IMG/VR virus record: IMGVR_UViG_3300050330_000073
Coordinates: 1-35,080 of that record
Strand: one strand, 5' to 3'
Length of the DNA stretch: 35,080 nucleotides
From: a virus
Taxonomy: Duplodnaviria; Caudoviricetes
The translations under genes were made by a program, and so were the position numbers. The notes beneath the pieces were generated by a model. It was given only the letters and a program-made list of their open reading frames with translations. It did not search any database and was not told the origin of the DNA. Shown here piece after piece: positions 1 to 9,398 of the stretch. The number at the start of each line of letters is the position of its first letter. Position 1 is the first letter of the stretch.

Positions 1-1637
1 TGCACCGCAAGATGGCGGCCGCATTGGAGGAAGCGTTCGATCGAATTCGGAGCATTCAGGACTACGACAAGGAACACGAGAGAGGAGAGCGGCCGACTTG
101 GCCAATGATCGTTCTGCGGAGCCCGAAAGGATGGACTGGACCAAAGGTCGTTGACGGACTGAAGACAGAAGGTTCCTGGCGATCTCACCAGGTTCCGCTC
201 GCAGGTCTGGAGAAATCACCAGAGCACCTCAGGATGCTCGAAGCCTGGCTTCGGAGCTATCGGCCGAAAGAGCTATTCGATGAGCGTGGGTCTCCGGTTG
301 CGGCAGTGCGATCCGCGGCCCCTTCGGGATCGCGTCGAATGGGCTCGAACCCTCATGCCAACGGCGGCCTCCTCAGGCGTCCGCTCGATCTGCCACCCGC
401 GAGTGAATTCGAAGTAGCTTGTTCTTCACCGGGCTCGGCCGTTGCGGAACCGACGCGGGTGCTGGGTCAGCTTTTGGCCGAGGTCGCCCGCAACGAGAAA
501 AACAAGAACATTTTTCGACTCGTAGGCCCTGACGAGACCTCTTCCAATCGTCTAGACGCGGTCATCGAGGCTACCAATCGCAGCTGGGTGGCCGAGCTGC
601 TGCCTGACGATACGACTCTTTCGAGAGATGGGCGCGTGCTTGAAATCCTGTCCGAGCACACCTGCCAAGGATGGCTTGAAGGGTATCTGCTGACAGGTCG
701 CCACGGCTTGTTCTCCTGTTACGAGGCTTTCATTCACATCGTCGATTCGATGTTCAACCAGCACGCCAAGTGGCTCGACGCCAGTCGTAAGCTACCGTGG
801 CGAAAGCCAGTCGCGTCACTGAACTATCTGCTGACAAGTCACGTCTGGCGGCAGGATCACAACGGCTTCAGTCATCAGGACCCCGGCTTCATCGATGTTG
901 CGCTGAATAAGAAGGCTGACATCGTTCGAGTATATTTGCCGCCGGACGCCAACACGCTGCTCGCGACTGCTCACCACGTACTTGGAACATGGAATCGGAT
1001 CAACATCATCGTTGCAGGCAAGCAGCCGGGGCTGCAATGGCTCGACTACAATGAAGCTGAAGCGCACTGCAAACGCGGTATCGGAAAATGGGCTTGGGCA
1101 TCTAACGAACAGAATGGCGAACCAGACATTGTTTTGGCCAGCGCGGGGGATGTGCCAACACTAGAAGTAATTGCGGCCATCGCCATCCTTAAAGAGCATC
1201 TGCCCGAACTGAAAATCAGGATGTTGAACGTCGTCGATCTGATGACCTTGCAGCCGAATACGGTGCACCCGCATGGCCTCTCCGACCCCGACTTCGATCA
1301 GATGTTCACTGCAAGTCGCCCGGTCGTATTTGCCTATCACGGCTATCCTGCAACGATTCATCGGTTGACCTACAGGCGCGCCAACCATGCGAATTTCCAT
1401 GTCAGAGGGTTCATCGAGGAGGGCACAACCACCACCCCGTTCGATATGACAGTCTTGAACCGTCTGGATCGATACCATCTGGTTTGCGACGTCTTGAAAT
1501 ATTTGCAGCTATCGAACTCGGCGTCACATTCCCTTCGCGACCTTATGAAGAAAATGCTGGAGGAACATCATCGACACATCCGCATCACGGGGCAGGATCT
1601 CCCCGAGGTGCGCGATTGGCGATGGGCACCCTTGTAA
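1..1637 (+). CDS. xfp: Phosphoketolase (XFP family), 5'-truncated by the window edge
   Basis: XFP motifs WPMIVLRSPKGWTGP, GPDETSSNRL, LSEHTCQGWLEGYLLTGRHG, WRQDHNGFSHQDPGF, EEGTTTTPFDM. The frame is open back to the window start and the ThDP-binding N-terminus is missing. Confidence 0.95.
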   Translation, partial: HRKMAAALEEAFDRIRSIQDYDKEHERGERPTWPMIVLRSPKGWTGPKVVDGLKTEGSWRSHQVPLAGLEKSPEHLRMLEAWLRSYRPKELFDERGSPVAAVRSAAPSGSRRMGSNPHANGGLLRRPLDLPPASEFEVACSSPGSAVAEPTRVLGQLLAEVARNEKNKNIFRLVGPDETSSNRLDAVIEATNRSWVAELLPDDTTLSRDGRVLEILSEHTCQGWLEGYLLTGRHGLFSCYEAFIHIVDSMFNQHAKWLDASRKLPWRKPVASLNYLLTSHVWRQDHNGFSHQDPGFIDVALNKKADIVRVYLPPDANTLLATAHHVLGTWNRINIIVAGKQPGLQWLDYNEAEAHCKRGIGKWAWASNEQNGEPDIVLASAGDVPTLEVIAAIAILKEHLPELKIRMLNVVDLMTLQPNTVHPHGLSDPDFDQMFTASRPVVFAYHGYPATIHRLTYRRANHANFHVRGFIEEGTTTTPFDMTVLNRLDRYHLVCDVLKYLQLSNSASHSLRDLMKKMLEEHHRHIRITGQDLPEVRDWRWAPL

Positions 1638-1652
1638 GCGGAGAAGACGCAG

Positions 1653-2003
1653 TCACCGGAACAATGAGACGATCCAAGTTACGATCTTGCCGGCGAACAA
1701 GGAAACAACCCACCCGAGCGCGGTAATGATGCTGGTGCCAAGCGCAAAGGCTCCGGCGATCTTCCAACGCGTCACTGCGTAGCCGGCAACGATCGGCTCC
1801 ATCGTCGCAACGGTCCTTCCAAGCGGCTTCATGTCGGCCTCGATCTTCTCCACGCGCTGGCTGATGCTTTCGAGCTTCTCTCGGTTTTCGCGGTGCTGCT
1901 CCGCAGCCGAGCGGCGCACGTCCGCGACCGATGCGGAAAGATTGCGCACCTCGGCCTCGATGTTGCCGATGACTCGGCTGATCTCGTCCAGTCTATTCGG
2001 CAT
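1653..2003 (-). CDS. Lysis-region protein with coiled coil and C-terminal transmembrane helix (XhlA/holin-like architecture)
   Basis: 116 aa, heptad-like N-terminus, hydrophobic C-terminus (IAGAFALGTSIITALGWVVSLF), last gene after the endolysin. Confidence 0.6.
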   Translation of the reverse strand: MPNRLDEISRVIGNIEAEVRNLSASVADVRRSAAEQHRENREKLESISQRVEKIEADMKPLGRTVATMEPIVAGYAVTRWKIAGAFALGTSIITALGWVVSLFAGKIVTWIVSLFR

Positions 2004-2037
2004 TTAATGGGGATCCCGGTTGGGGAAAGCAGTGCCG

Positions 2038-2427
2038 CTACCGGCGCAGGATGCGCGCGACCTTTTCGATGGATCGACCACCGACATACGCGGTCAGGAT
2101 CGTGCCGACCCAATCCGCGATCATTCCGGTGATGGGATCGGTGGTGCCCAGGCCCAGCACCTTGTCCCAGACGATCACCTTCCAAAGATAGATGATGATG
2201 GGCAACGCGAGCAGCGGACGGATGATTGCCGTATACCAGCGTCCCTGCTCGGCGATGATGATAGCGGAGGCCTGCTTTCGCGCTTCGATCTCCGCCTCGA
2301 TCTCCTTCGCCGCGAGGTCGGCCGCGATCCGGTCCTGCGTGTTCGCGGCGTCAAGTTTGGCCTTGTAGGCATTGATCAGTCCGGTGATCACCGGCCCGCC
2401 AACGAGGCTCGCGAGCCAGGTCCACAT
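2038..2427 (-). CDS. Putative holin (3TM gene-transfer-release-like)
   Basis: 129 aa with amphipathic N-terminus, coiled segment, IRPLLALP TM segment and YVGGRSIEK C-terminal motif; lies in the lysis cassette. Confidence 0.6.
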   Translation of the reverse strand: MWTWLASLVGGPVITGLINAYKAKLDAANTQDRIAADLAAKEIEAEIEARKQASAIIIAEQGRWYTAIIRPLLALPIIIYLWKVIVWDKVLGLGTTDPITGMIADWVGTILTAYVGGRSIEKVARILRR

Positions 2428-2430
2428 CGC

Positions 2431-2820
2431 CTAGCCCCCCTCAGCCGGCGCAGGATCCTCGGCGAGCTCGGCCTTGTGCCGCTTGTCCGAAAGGTTGCGC
2501 AGGAACTGGAAAAGCGCCGTCACCGTGATCAGGACCAGCGGCCATGCCCAGGGCGGCACCTGCGCGGCGATCGAGCTCACGTCGACGCCGCTCGCGATCG
2601 GAGCGATGAAGTCGTATCCGCTCACCGCGACGCTCGCCGCGACCACGATGGCGGACGAGAGCTTCTGCTTGATGCCGGCGAATTTCTGTCGCGCAGCTGC
2701 GAGGAAGCTCTCCTCCCGCTCGTAGAGTTCGCGGAAGGCCGGTCGCGATTTCAGGACGGCGCGAATCCAGAACCAGTAGACCGCGACGAAGGTCGCGGCC
2801 ACAAGAACGAACATCAGCAT
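2431..2820 (-). CDS. Lysis-cassette membrane protein (holin-like, about 3 TM)
   Basis: Three hydrophobic segments, charged C-terminus, AAGGAG RBS, directly downstream of the endolysin. Confidence 0.55.
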   Translation of the reverse strand: MLMFVLVAATFVAVYWFWIRAVLKSRPAFRELYEREESFLAAARQKFAGIKQKLSSAIVVAASVAVSGYDFIAPIASGVDVSSIAAQVPPWAWPLVLITVTALFQFLRNLSDKRHKAELAEDPAPAEGG

Positions 2821-2835
2821 TGTGTGCTCCTTGGA

Positions 2836-4167
2836 TCAGACTGCGATGGGGACGAGGTTCGGCGTCGGCGCTTCCTGACGGCGCGCCTGCCACCGATTGA
2901 GGGCGTAGACGGCACCGCCGATTGCGCCGGCGCCGACAACAGCAATCCCGGCGGTCTCCCACGGATGCGCCGCGACCCAGTCCCAGAAGCCGACGCTTCC
3001 GGCGGCGCCGCCGGCGGGCACGCCCTTGGTGATGATGTCCTTCGCCGCCTTGGGCGGCGGAACGACACCCTTGGCCGGCAGCTCGCGCTTCGCGAGGGGC
3101 GGCAGCACCAGTTCGCGCTTGGCTTTCGGCGCGGGCTCGACCACCGGAATCGTGGTGAACCCGATCTGGGCCGGCTGCGGGTAGGCCTTGGGCCAGGTGA
3201 AGGCCGTGACAACCGAGGGATCGAAGACCTCGTCGCACACCATGTCGCGCTGGTTGCCGCCGCGACCGACCAGGCGGCCGTCCCTGGTGCGACCGACCAC
3301 CAGGAAGACGTGGCCACCACCGTCGCGCCTCTTGGTAGCGATCGCGCCGATGGCGGCACCCTTCAGGCGAACACCGTAGCGCGCAAAGTCGAGCGCCCAC
3401 AGACTATCGTTTCCAGGAAGCCCGGAAGCGATGAGCGTGTAATTGACCGTGAGCGCACACCACGGCATCGAGTCATGCTTGTATGTGCGAGCGATGTTGC
3501 CGCCGCAGGCTTTCGCCATGGCGACAATGGCCGGGTTGTCCACGGATCCCGGAAACTCGTAGAGGCCGAGGATCGCGTTCATGCGCGCGAGCCAGGGGGA
3601 CGTGCCGGCAACCACGGTCGGTGCCGGGCTGGGCATGACGCCTTGCGCTCTACCCGCCATTGCGAGCGATACTGCTTTGACCTCGGCGACGCGCCTGCCC
3701 CAGCCGCGACCGAACACCGGCCAGGTCCGCAAAGATTTCAGGAAGGCGAGACGCTCGTCGCAGATCGCGGCGACCAATACCTTGGGGTCCCGGGCGCGCG
3801 CGTAGGCGATCACTTGATCGGTGACGATGCTGGTGTTGTCGGACAGGCCGACCACGCGGCGCAGCACCTTGCCGCTGCGGCCGATCCCTGAATTCACGCC
3901 ATAATCGAAGATGCTGTAATCGACGCCGGCTGGCAGATCGTCGCAGCGCTGCACGTCCCAGTAGCGCTTGCGGTAGATCGCCTTCGCCTGCTCGATCGAC
4001 ATGGCACGCACGTCGGCCGCGGTGGCGTCCGGCTTGATGTGCTTGCGGTAGTCGGCGATCGTGATCCCGAAATTGGTCGGTCCGCCCGGGTCGGAAGGAT
4101 GATTGGTGTAGCCGCCTTCCGATACGAGCAGGCGCCGCAGCGCCTCGTCATAGGTCGAAGCCGCCAT
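2836..4167 (-). CDS. Endolysin: GH108 lysozyme, peptidoglycan-binding region, TIGR02594/CHAP-like cysteine peptidase domain, C-terminal TM
   Basis: EGGYTNHPSDPGGPTNFGIT (GH108 motif), FDYGVNSG, FGRGWGRRV; second domain with PWC, GGHV and GGNQ; hydrophobic C-terminal segment. Confidence 0.88.
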   Translation of the reverse strand: MAASTYDEALRRLLVSEGGYTNHPSDPGGPTNFGITIADYRKHIKPDATAADVRAMSIEQAKAIYRKRYWDVQRCDDLPAGVDYSIFDYGVNSGIGRSGKVLRRVVGLSDNTSIVTDQVIAYARARDPKVLVAAICDERLAFLKSLRTWPVFGRGWGRRVAEVKAVSLAMAGRAQGVMPSPAPTVVAGTSPWLARMNAILGLYEFPGSVDNPAIVAMAKACGGNIARTYKHDSMPWCALTVNYTLIASGLPGNDSLWALDFARYGVRLKGAAIGAIATKRRDGGGHVFLVVGRTRDGRLVGRGGNQRDMVCDEVFDPSVVTAFTWPKAYPQPAQIGFTTIPVVEPAPKAKRELVLPPLAKRELPAKGVVPPPKAAKDIITKGVPAGGAAGSVGFWDWVAAHPWETAGIAVVGAGAIGGAVYALNRWQARRQEAPTPNLVPIAV

Positions 4168-4183
4168 TCGTCGTCTCCAAATG

Positions 4184-4205
4184 AAAAAGCCGCCCGGAGG
4201 CGGCT
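4184..4205 (-). terminator. Rho-independent terminator between the fibre gene and the lysis cassette
   Basis: Minus strand AGCCGCC-tccg-GGCGGCT followed by TTTT. Confidence 0.75.
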
Positions 4206-4232
4206 GCTGGCGTGGGTGGTTGGTGGCAGGGA

Positions 4233-5564
4233 TCAGGGCACGTACTGGCCCCAGAAGTGCGACTGGTCGCTCTCGATGTAGCCGTCGTTGGTCGCGAAAT
4301 GGACGCGCACTTCGATCACGTCGTTCGCCGCAAGCGGCGTGAGGACCGAGAGGTTGTAGGTGGTGACATCGTCGACCGGCGCACCCGAGGCCGCGCGGCC
4401 GCGGCCGAGCTCGGCGCCGTTCTTGTAGAACGTGGCGATCACCTTGGTTGGCACCGTCGCGTTGGCCTTGAAGCGCAGCGAGAAGCCGAACACGTAATTG
4501 CCGACGAACGGTGCCGTGAAATTGTTGTTGCTGCCGTTGAAGGCGCTCTGGTCGTTGGAGTCCGTGTTGTTGAACTGGACCTTGGTCCAGGTGTTGGCGG
4601 CGATATAGTTGTCGAAGTTGGTGTAGGCAGAAAACTTCGGCGCAAGCGGCAGCTTCAATCGACCGGTGTTGCGGTCGACCACGAAGCTGGTGAAGTAGTT
4701 CGAGCCGTCGGGCGAGACCTTGACGGTGAAGTCGTCGTCGCCGAGGAGGCCGAACAGCGCGCGCGCCGAATAGTTGCTCTGGAAGGTGAGCGCGACATCG
4801 TCGCCGGCCGCCGCCTTGTTGAAGGTGAAGCGGACATCGTCCGCCTCGCGGTCGAACAGGAACGCAGTGCCTTTGACGATCAGCGCATTATTGGCGTCTG
4901 CGGTGGCGCCGCCGAGAGCGATGTGCCCGGTGTCCTTGTCGATCGAGATCGCGAGATAGAAGGTCGAGCCGTCAGGCGATACCTTGACGGTAAAGTCGTC
5001 ATCGCTGAGCAACCCGAACAGAGCACGCGTGCTGAACGCGTCCTGGAAGGTGAAGCCCGCATCCTTCGCGGCCGCACTCTTGTTGAGCACAACCCGCATG
5101 TGACCGGTGCCCGGCGTCACGTCGTCGTGGCTGAGCAACACTCCATCCGACTTCACGGCAAGGCGGTTGGTTGCGTCCGCGGTGGTGCGGATACCGAGCA
5201 GCGCCAGGTTCTGGATCGCCGAGACGGCGGACAGCGCATCGACCCAGGCCGAGCCGTTCCAGGCGAGCAGCGCAGCCTCGTCGACCAGCCACGCGAGCCA
5301 GCCGACGCGGGGAATAAAGAAGCGCCAGGCGCCGTCGAGCCAGGCGGCGATGTGGTTGGCATGGCCTGCCCAGGCGCCGGTCGGGCCTGCGGCCACGATG
5401 TAGCGCGCGCCCTCCGCCGGCGAGCCCGGCGGGGCACTAAGGCTGCGGTCGAGCACCGCGAGCTGGACGAGCGCGTCGAGGTCGTAGAGCGCCTCGTTGA
5501 CGGTGACGTGCTTCTGCGCCTGGTCCGCCGCAAGCTGCGGCAGGGCCAGATTGGGCGTCGGCAT
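4233..5564 (-). CDS. DUF2793 tail fibre-like protein with an internal repeat and a C-terminal C1q-like domain
   Basis: N-terminal QAQKHVTVNEAL...PPGSPAEGARYIV...GAWAG (DUF2793), two copies of RALFGLLxDDDFTVKVSPDGS, C-terminal PKFSAY...FTAPFVGNYVF (C1q-like). Confidence 0.82.
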   Translation of the reverse strand: MPTPNLALPQLAADQAQKHVTVNEALYDLDALVQLAVLDRSLSAPPGSPAEGARYIVAAGPTGAWAGHANHIAAWLDGAWRFFIPRVGWLAWLVDEAALLAWNGSAWVDALSAVSAIQNLALLGIRTTADATNRLAVKSDGVLLSHDDVTPGTGHMRVVLNKSAAAKDAGFTFQDAFSTRALFGLLSDDDFTVKVSPDGSTFYLAISIDKDTGHIALGGATADANNALIVKGTAFLFDREADDVRFTFNKAAAGDDVALTFQSNYSARALFGLLGDDDFTVKVSPDGSNYFTSFVVDRNTGRLKLPLAPKFSAYTNFDNYIAANTWTKVQFNNTDSNDQSAFNGSNNNFTAPFVGNYVFGFSLRFKANATVPTKVIATFYKNGAELGRGRAASGAPVDDVTTYNLSVLTPLAANDVIEVRVHFATNDGYIESDQSHFWGQYVP

Positions 5565-5573
5565 AGGTAGTCC

Positions 5574-8500
5574 TCAGAGGGTGGAAAGGGTTTCGGCGGC
5601 GGTGCCGCGGCCGTAGGCGCGCGAGGCCTGGGCGACGCGCCATGCGAGCGACCCCGGCGGCGCGCCGAAGTCGGCCGTCTGCTGAGCGGCGGTATAGAGC
5701 GCGCTTTGGCCGGTCACACGAACGGTGCGCACGACGTCTGCGCCATCGAGGATCAGGACGTCGTACTCTTCGGTCTCTTCGCCGAGCGGCACTTCATTGA
5801 GCCAGGAGTCGCCGCCCACACGCGTGCGCCTGATCCACGCGAGCTGGACATCGCCCGACGATGGATCGCGAACGGCCTTGAGCTGCACCGGCGCGAACGG
5901 CCGCAGACCGTTGCCGGTGTCAGTGAAAATGATCTCGCCCGACAGGTCGCCGCTCGGTCCCTGCGGAACCGGCGCGTAGCGCCAGGCGATCTCGATTCCG
6001 ATCCGCGAGACCGGAAAATTCGGGCGCGGCTGGCGTGCTGGGTCGAGCAGGATGAAGCGGCTTCCAGCAGGGTGGCTTGCGATCTCGTGCTCGGTGCCGC
6101 GCTGGCCGCGCAACAGCCGGCTCAGCCGATAGCGGCCCTCGGCAATAAGTTCGGCATTGGCGAACTGGATAACCTCGTCGCCGACGAGCGCAGCATTGCC
6201 GCCGGCGAGCACCCGCTCGTCGGGGAGGCTCTGCAGCGAGCCATAATCGAGCTGGACCTCGACCATATTGACGCGATCCCATCGCCAAGCCGGGCCGGCC
6301 GCAAGCTCGGTGACAGTCTCGCCCATGATGGACGGCAGGCCGGCGACGGCTGCGACCACGTAATCCAGCGCATCGGCGGTCGGCTGGAACAGCGTTGCGC
6401 CGCGGAAGCGGCCGGTGCCGGCCGGGCAAGCCGCCACATAGAAGCTTGGCGCCGACGCGTCGTGGCTGTCGATCATGATCGGCATGTCGAGGAGTTCGAT
6501 CCGGACCGGCGCGACCGGCTCGGGGACTGAGGGAGGCAGCACGCCGCTGTCGGTCGGCGCGGTATAGAACTCCGGGATGCCTCCGTCGGTCGCAACGCCC
6601 CGCAGCAGCACCAGCCCGGGCTTGCCGTAGGTCACGGCGGTGAGCCGGATACGGCGCCACACGCCGTCGATCGGAATTTCCACGATATCGGTCGGGTCGA
6701 AGCGCACTGCGCGGGTCGGCAGCCGCAGGTCGACGGCCTCGCGGCCCTGCCACATCTCGCGCAGGGCCCGCTGCCCGATCGCCTGCGCCTGTTCGACCGT
6801 GAGTACGATCGGGAAGCTCAGCGTGTTGACGCTTTCCGATTGACCCACCTGCTTGCGCACCGTCACTGTCGACGATTGATAGTCGCGGCCCTCGTCGATG
6901 TGGACCACGTCGACCGCGATCGGCAGCTCGGTGTCCTGGGTGCGCTCGACCTTGACGCGCGAACGGTCGCTGTCGTTCTCGCTGGCGCCGAGGTCGTTCG
7001 GATCGAGCGTGATCGGCGCACCGGCCCCGCGCTTGACGAACACCAGCACGCCGTCGCGCTCGACCGCATCGAAAAAGTACGCAGTCTGCAGGACGGCGAT
7101 CATGTCGCGCACCGCTTTGCGCTCGGTGACGACGTAGCCGACCACTTCGTCATCGAGCGCCGTCACGTCGAACTCGGCCTCGGCAAGTCCCGCCCGCAGG
7201 CAGAGGTCGCGGACGATCTCGGCGAGCTGCATGTTTCCGATTTTCCCCTCGATCCAGTGGCCGAGCCGAAAGTTTTCGCCGTCCGACCAGACGTTGGTGA
7301 GCGCCGGGAAGAACGGATAGGGCCGCGCGTCCCAGCACCAGACGAACCGGCGCTCGACCATGGGGCCGGCGTAGACCGACGAGGTCGGGTTGTTGGCCGG
7401 CTCGTTCCAGAACTCTTCGGTGGCCTCGATCGCGGCGCGCTGCACCACGCGGTCGACCGCGCGGTTCGAGTAGTAAGGCGCGAAGCTCTCGATCGATTTC
7501 GGGTCGATGAAGACGTTGGGCTGGTTGGTCGCGCAGTTCACTGTGGGGAAGCCGTACTCGGTGAACCAGATCGGCTTGCCGCGCGGCACCCAGGCCGTCG
7601 CAGGACCGGTCGGCACGCCCGAAACGCGCGGGACGTGCTCGTTCTCCCACCAGGTGCGAATGTCCTTGATGGCCCAGAAGGGATCATCGATCGGGGAGCG
7701 CTGTGGGTCGAGGCCGCGGCGATCGAGGTCGCGGTCGGCCTGCGTCGCGTAAAAGTAATCGATCAGCTCGCCCGACGCCCAGCCGACTCTGATCGCGTCC
7801 TTGTCGTAGACCGCGCGCGGCAAATCGGTGAGCGGGAAGTATGCATCGATCCCGACCACGTCGATGTTCGGGTCCGCCCAGACCGCATCGAGCGGGAAGT
7901 CGACGTTCGCGTCACCACGGTCGTGGTAGCGGTACTCGGACCAGTCCGCCGCATAGGTGACGATGCACTCCGATCCGAGCGTCGCCTTCGCTTCGGAGGC
8001 GATCTGCTGCCAGAACGGCACAGTGGGATAGTTGCCGCCGCCGTCGCGGATGCGGTTGAGCGCCACCATCTCGGAGCCGACCACGAAGCCGTCGACGCCG
8101 CCCGCGCCCTCGGCAAGCGACATGCAGTGCCGGATGAAGCGAAGGTAGCCGTCGGCGCGCTCGAAGAAACCGGACACGTCGGCTGCCGCGCCGCCGATCC
8201 GGCCGCGCCAAGGGAACGGCGACGGGTCGGGCGGTGGGATGTCCATCATCAGGAACGGGTACAGCATCACCTTGTAGCCAAGGCTGCGCAGATGCTGGAT
8301 AGCCCGGATCACCGATCCGTCGCTGATTGTTCCTCCATAGTAGAGTCCGATAGAGCCGTCCGGCTTTGTGTACGATGAGACGAGCGGCCACCCACCTGAT
8401 CCTCCGATGACAGGGCGACCAATGCCCATCACCGACCAGAGATACGGCGTCGTGTCCGGCAGCCGGTCCGGGTAGATCGCGTATTCGGCCTCGGGCCGGA

Positions 8501-9398
8501 TCGAGCAGGTCGCGACGTCCACCGACGTGCCGAACCAGGCGTAGACGACGCTGACCCACTCGACGTTCGGCACCTCGCGCTTGAGGTTCTCGATCGAGAC
8601 CGCGAAATCGGCAGCTTTTCGGCCGGCATTGCTGTTGATGTTGGAATTGCGCACGCGGCTGCGCACGACGTTGGGCTCGTAGGCCCATTCGCCGCTTGCC
8701 GGGATCAGGCAGACGCTGCGGACGAGATGGCGAGCATCGGCCACGTCCGCGCGCGAGCCGCGATAGACCTCGATCTCAAAGTTCGGGAAGCGGTTGCCGT
8801 AGGGCGTGAGGTAGAGGTTTTCGAGGACGACGTAAGATAAGCCACGGAACGCCGGCGTGCGGTCCGTGCCTTCAACGGCCTGGATCAGAGGGTCGGTTGA
8901 TTGCGTCTCGTCTCCATAGTAGGTGCGGATTTCGTCAACGTGCTCGGGATCGAGCGGGGTCTTGTCGAGCCAGATGCGATAGATCGAGGTGACCGGCGCC
9001 TCGCAGATCCCGAGCGCCACGTCGGCATAGTAGTGGTAGCTCGTGCGCGTGATGGTCTGGGTGCCGCCGCCACCACCGCCGCCTTTGCCGCCGCCTCCGA
9101 CCGTCTCGGTCTCGGTGCGAACCACTTCGCGAATGCCGCGGACCCAGATGATGTTGGCGGGCACGCGCATGCGGCCCCAGACGACCGGGATAGTCTGGCC
9201 ATAGGCCGATCCCGATAGGTTGAGCTCGGTGAGGCGCGCGCCTTCGACCGTCCGCCGGTCCTGCTGCGGTCCAAACAGTTCCCGGTCCAGGATGCCGCCG
9301 ACATAGGCGCCGAACAGCGCGCCGAGCGACTGACCGAGGCCGCCCGCGACACCGCCGCCGAGCACGCCGCCGGCGAGCGTCAGAACGAGTTGGGCCAC
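5574..9398 (-). CDS. Baseplate multidomain protein (RcGTA g15 'megatron'-like: N-terminal adaptor, GTA TIM-barrel, phage tail domain)
   Basis: 1274 aa with YRGS...SVCLIPASGEW, FPWRGRI, GSEMVAL, TYAADWSEY, GIDAYFPL, KPIWFTEYG, NQPNVF, WDARPYP, LLRGQRGTE, WIRRTR; last baseplate position. Confidence 0.9.
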   Translation of the reverse strand: MAQLVLTLAGGVLGGGVAGGLGQSLGALFGAYVGGILDRELFGPQQDRRTVEGARLTELNLSGSAYGQTIPVVWGRMRVPANIIWVRGIREVVRTETETVGGGGKGGGGGGGTQTITRTSYHYYADVALGICEAPVTSIYRIWLDKTPLDPEHVDEIRTYYGDETQSTDPLIQAVEGTDRTPAFRGLSYVVLENLYLTPYGNRFPNFEIEVYRGSRADVADARHLVRSVCLIPASGEWAYEPNVVRSRVRNSNINSNAGRKAADFAVSIENLKREVPNVEWVSVVYAWFGTSVDVATCSIRPEAEYAIYPDRLPDTTPYLWSVMGIGRPVIGGSGGWPLVSSYTKPDGSIGLYYGGTISDGSVIRAIQHLRSLGYKVMLYPFLMMDIPPPDPSPFPWRGRIGGAAADVSGFFERADGYLRFIRHCMSLAEGAGGVDGFVVGSEMVALNRIRDGGGNYPTVPFWQQIASEAKATLGSECIVTYAADWSEYRYHDRGDANVDFPLDAVWADPNIDVVGIDAYFPLTDLPRAVYDKDAIRVGWASGELIDYFYATQADRDLDRRGLDPQRSPIDDPFWAIKDIRTWWENEHVPRVSGVPTGPATAWVPRGKPIWFTEYGFPTVNCATNQPNVFIDPKSIESFAPYYSNRAVDRVVQRAAIEATEEFWNEPANNPTSSVYAGPMVERRFVWCWDARPYPFFPALTNVWSDGENFRLGHWIEGKIGNMQLAEIVRDLCLRAGLAEAEFDVTALDDEVVGYVVTERKAVRDMIAVLQTAYFFDAVERDGVLVFVKRGAGAPITLDPNDLGASENDSDRSRVKVERTQDTELPIAVDVVHIDEGRDYQSSTVTVRKQVGQSESVNTLSFPIVLTVEQAQAIGQRALREMWQGREAVDLRLPTRAVRFDPTDIVEIPIDGVWRRIRLTAVTYGKPGLVLLRGVATDGGIPEFYTAPTDSGVLPPSVPEPVAPVRIELLDMPIMIDSHDASAPSFYVAACPAGTGRFRGATLFQPTADALDYVVAAVAGLPSIMGETVTELAAGPAWRWDRVNMVEVQLDYGSLQSLPDERVLAGGNAALVGDEVIQFANAELIAEGRYRLSRLLRGQRGTEHEIASHPAGSRFILLDPARQPRPNFPVSRIGIEIAWRYAPVPQGPSGDLSGEIIFTDTGNGLRPFAPVQLKAVRDPSSGDVQLAWIRRTRVGGDSWLNEVPLGEETEEYDVLILDGADVVRTVRVTGQSALYTAAQQTADFGAPPGSLAWRVAQASRAYGRGTAAETLSTL

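Noticed and set aside
4233-5100. Diversity-generating retroelement target (Asn-rich tip, internal repeats)
   Set aside because: No reverse transcriptase and no template/variable repeat pair differing only at adenines. The repeats are in-frame protein modules.
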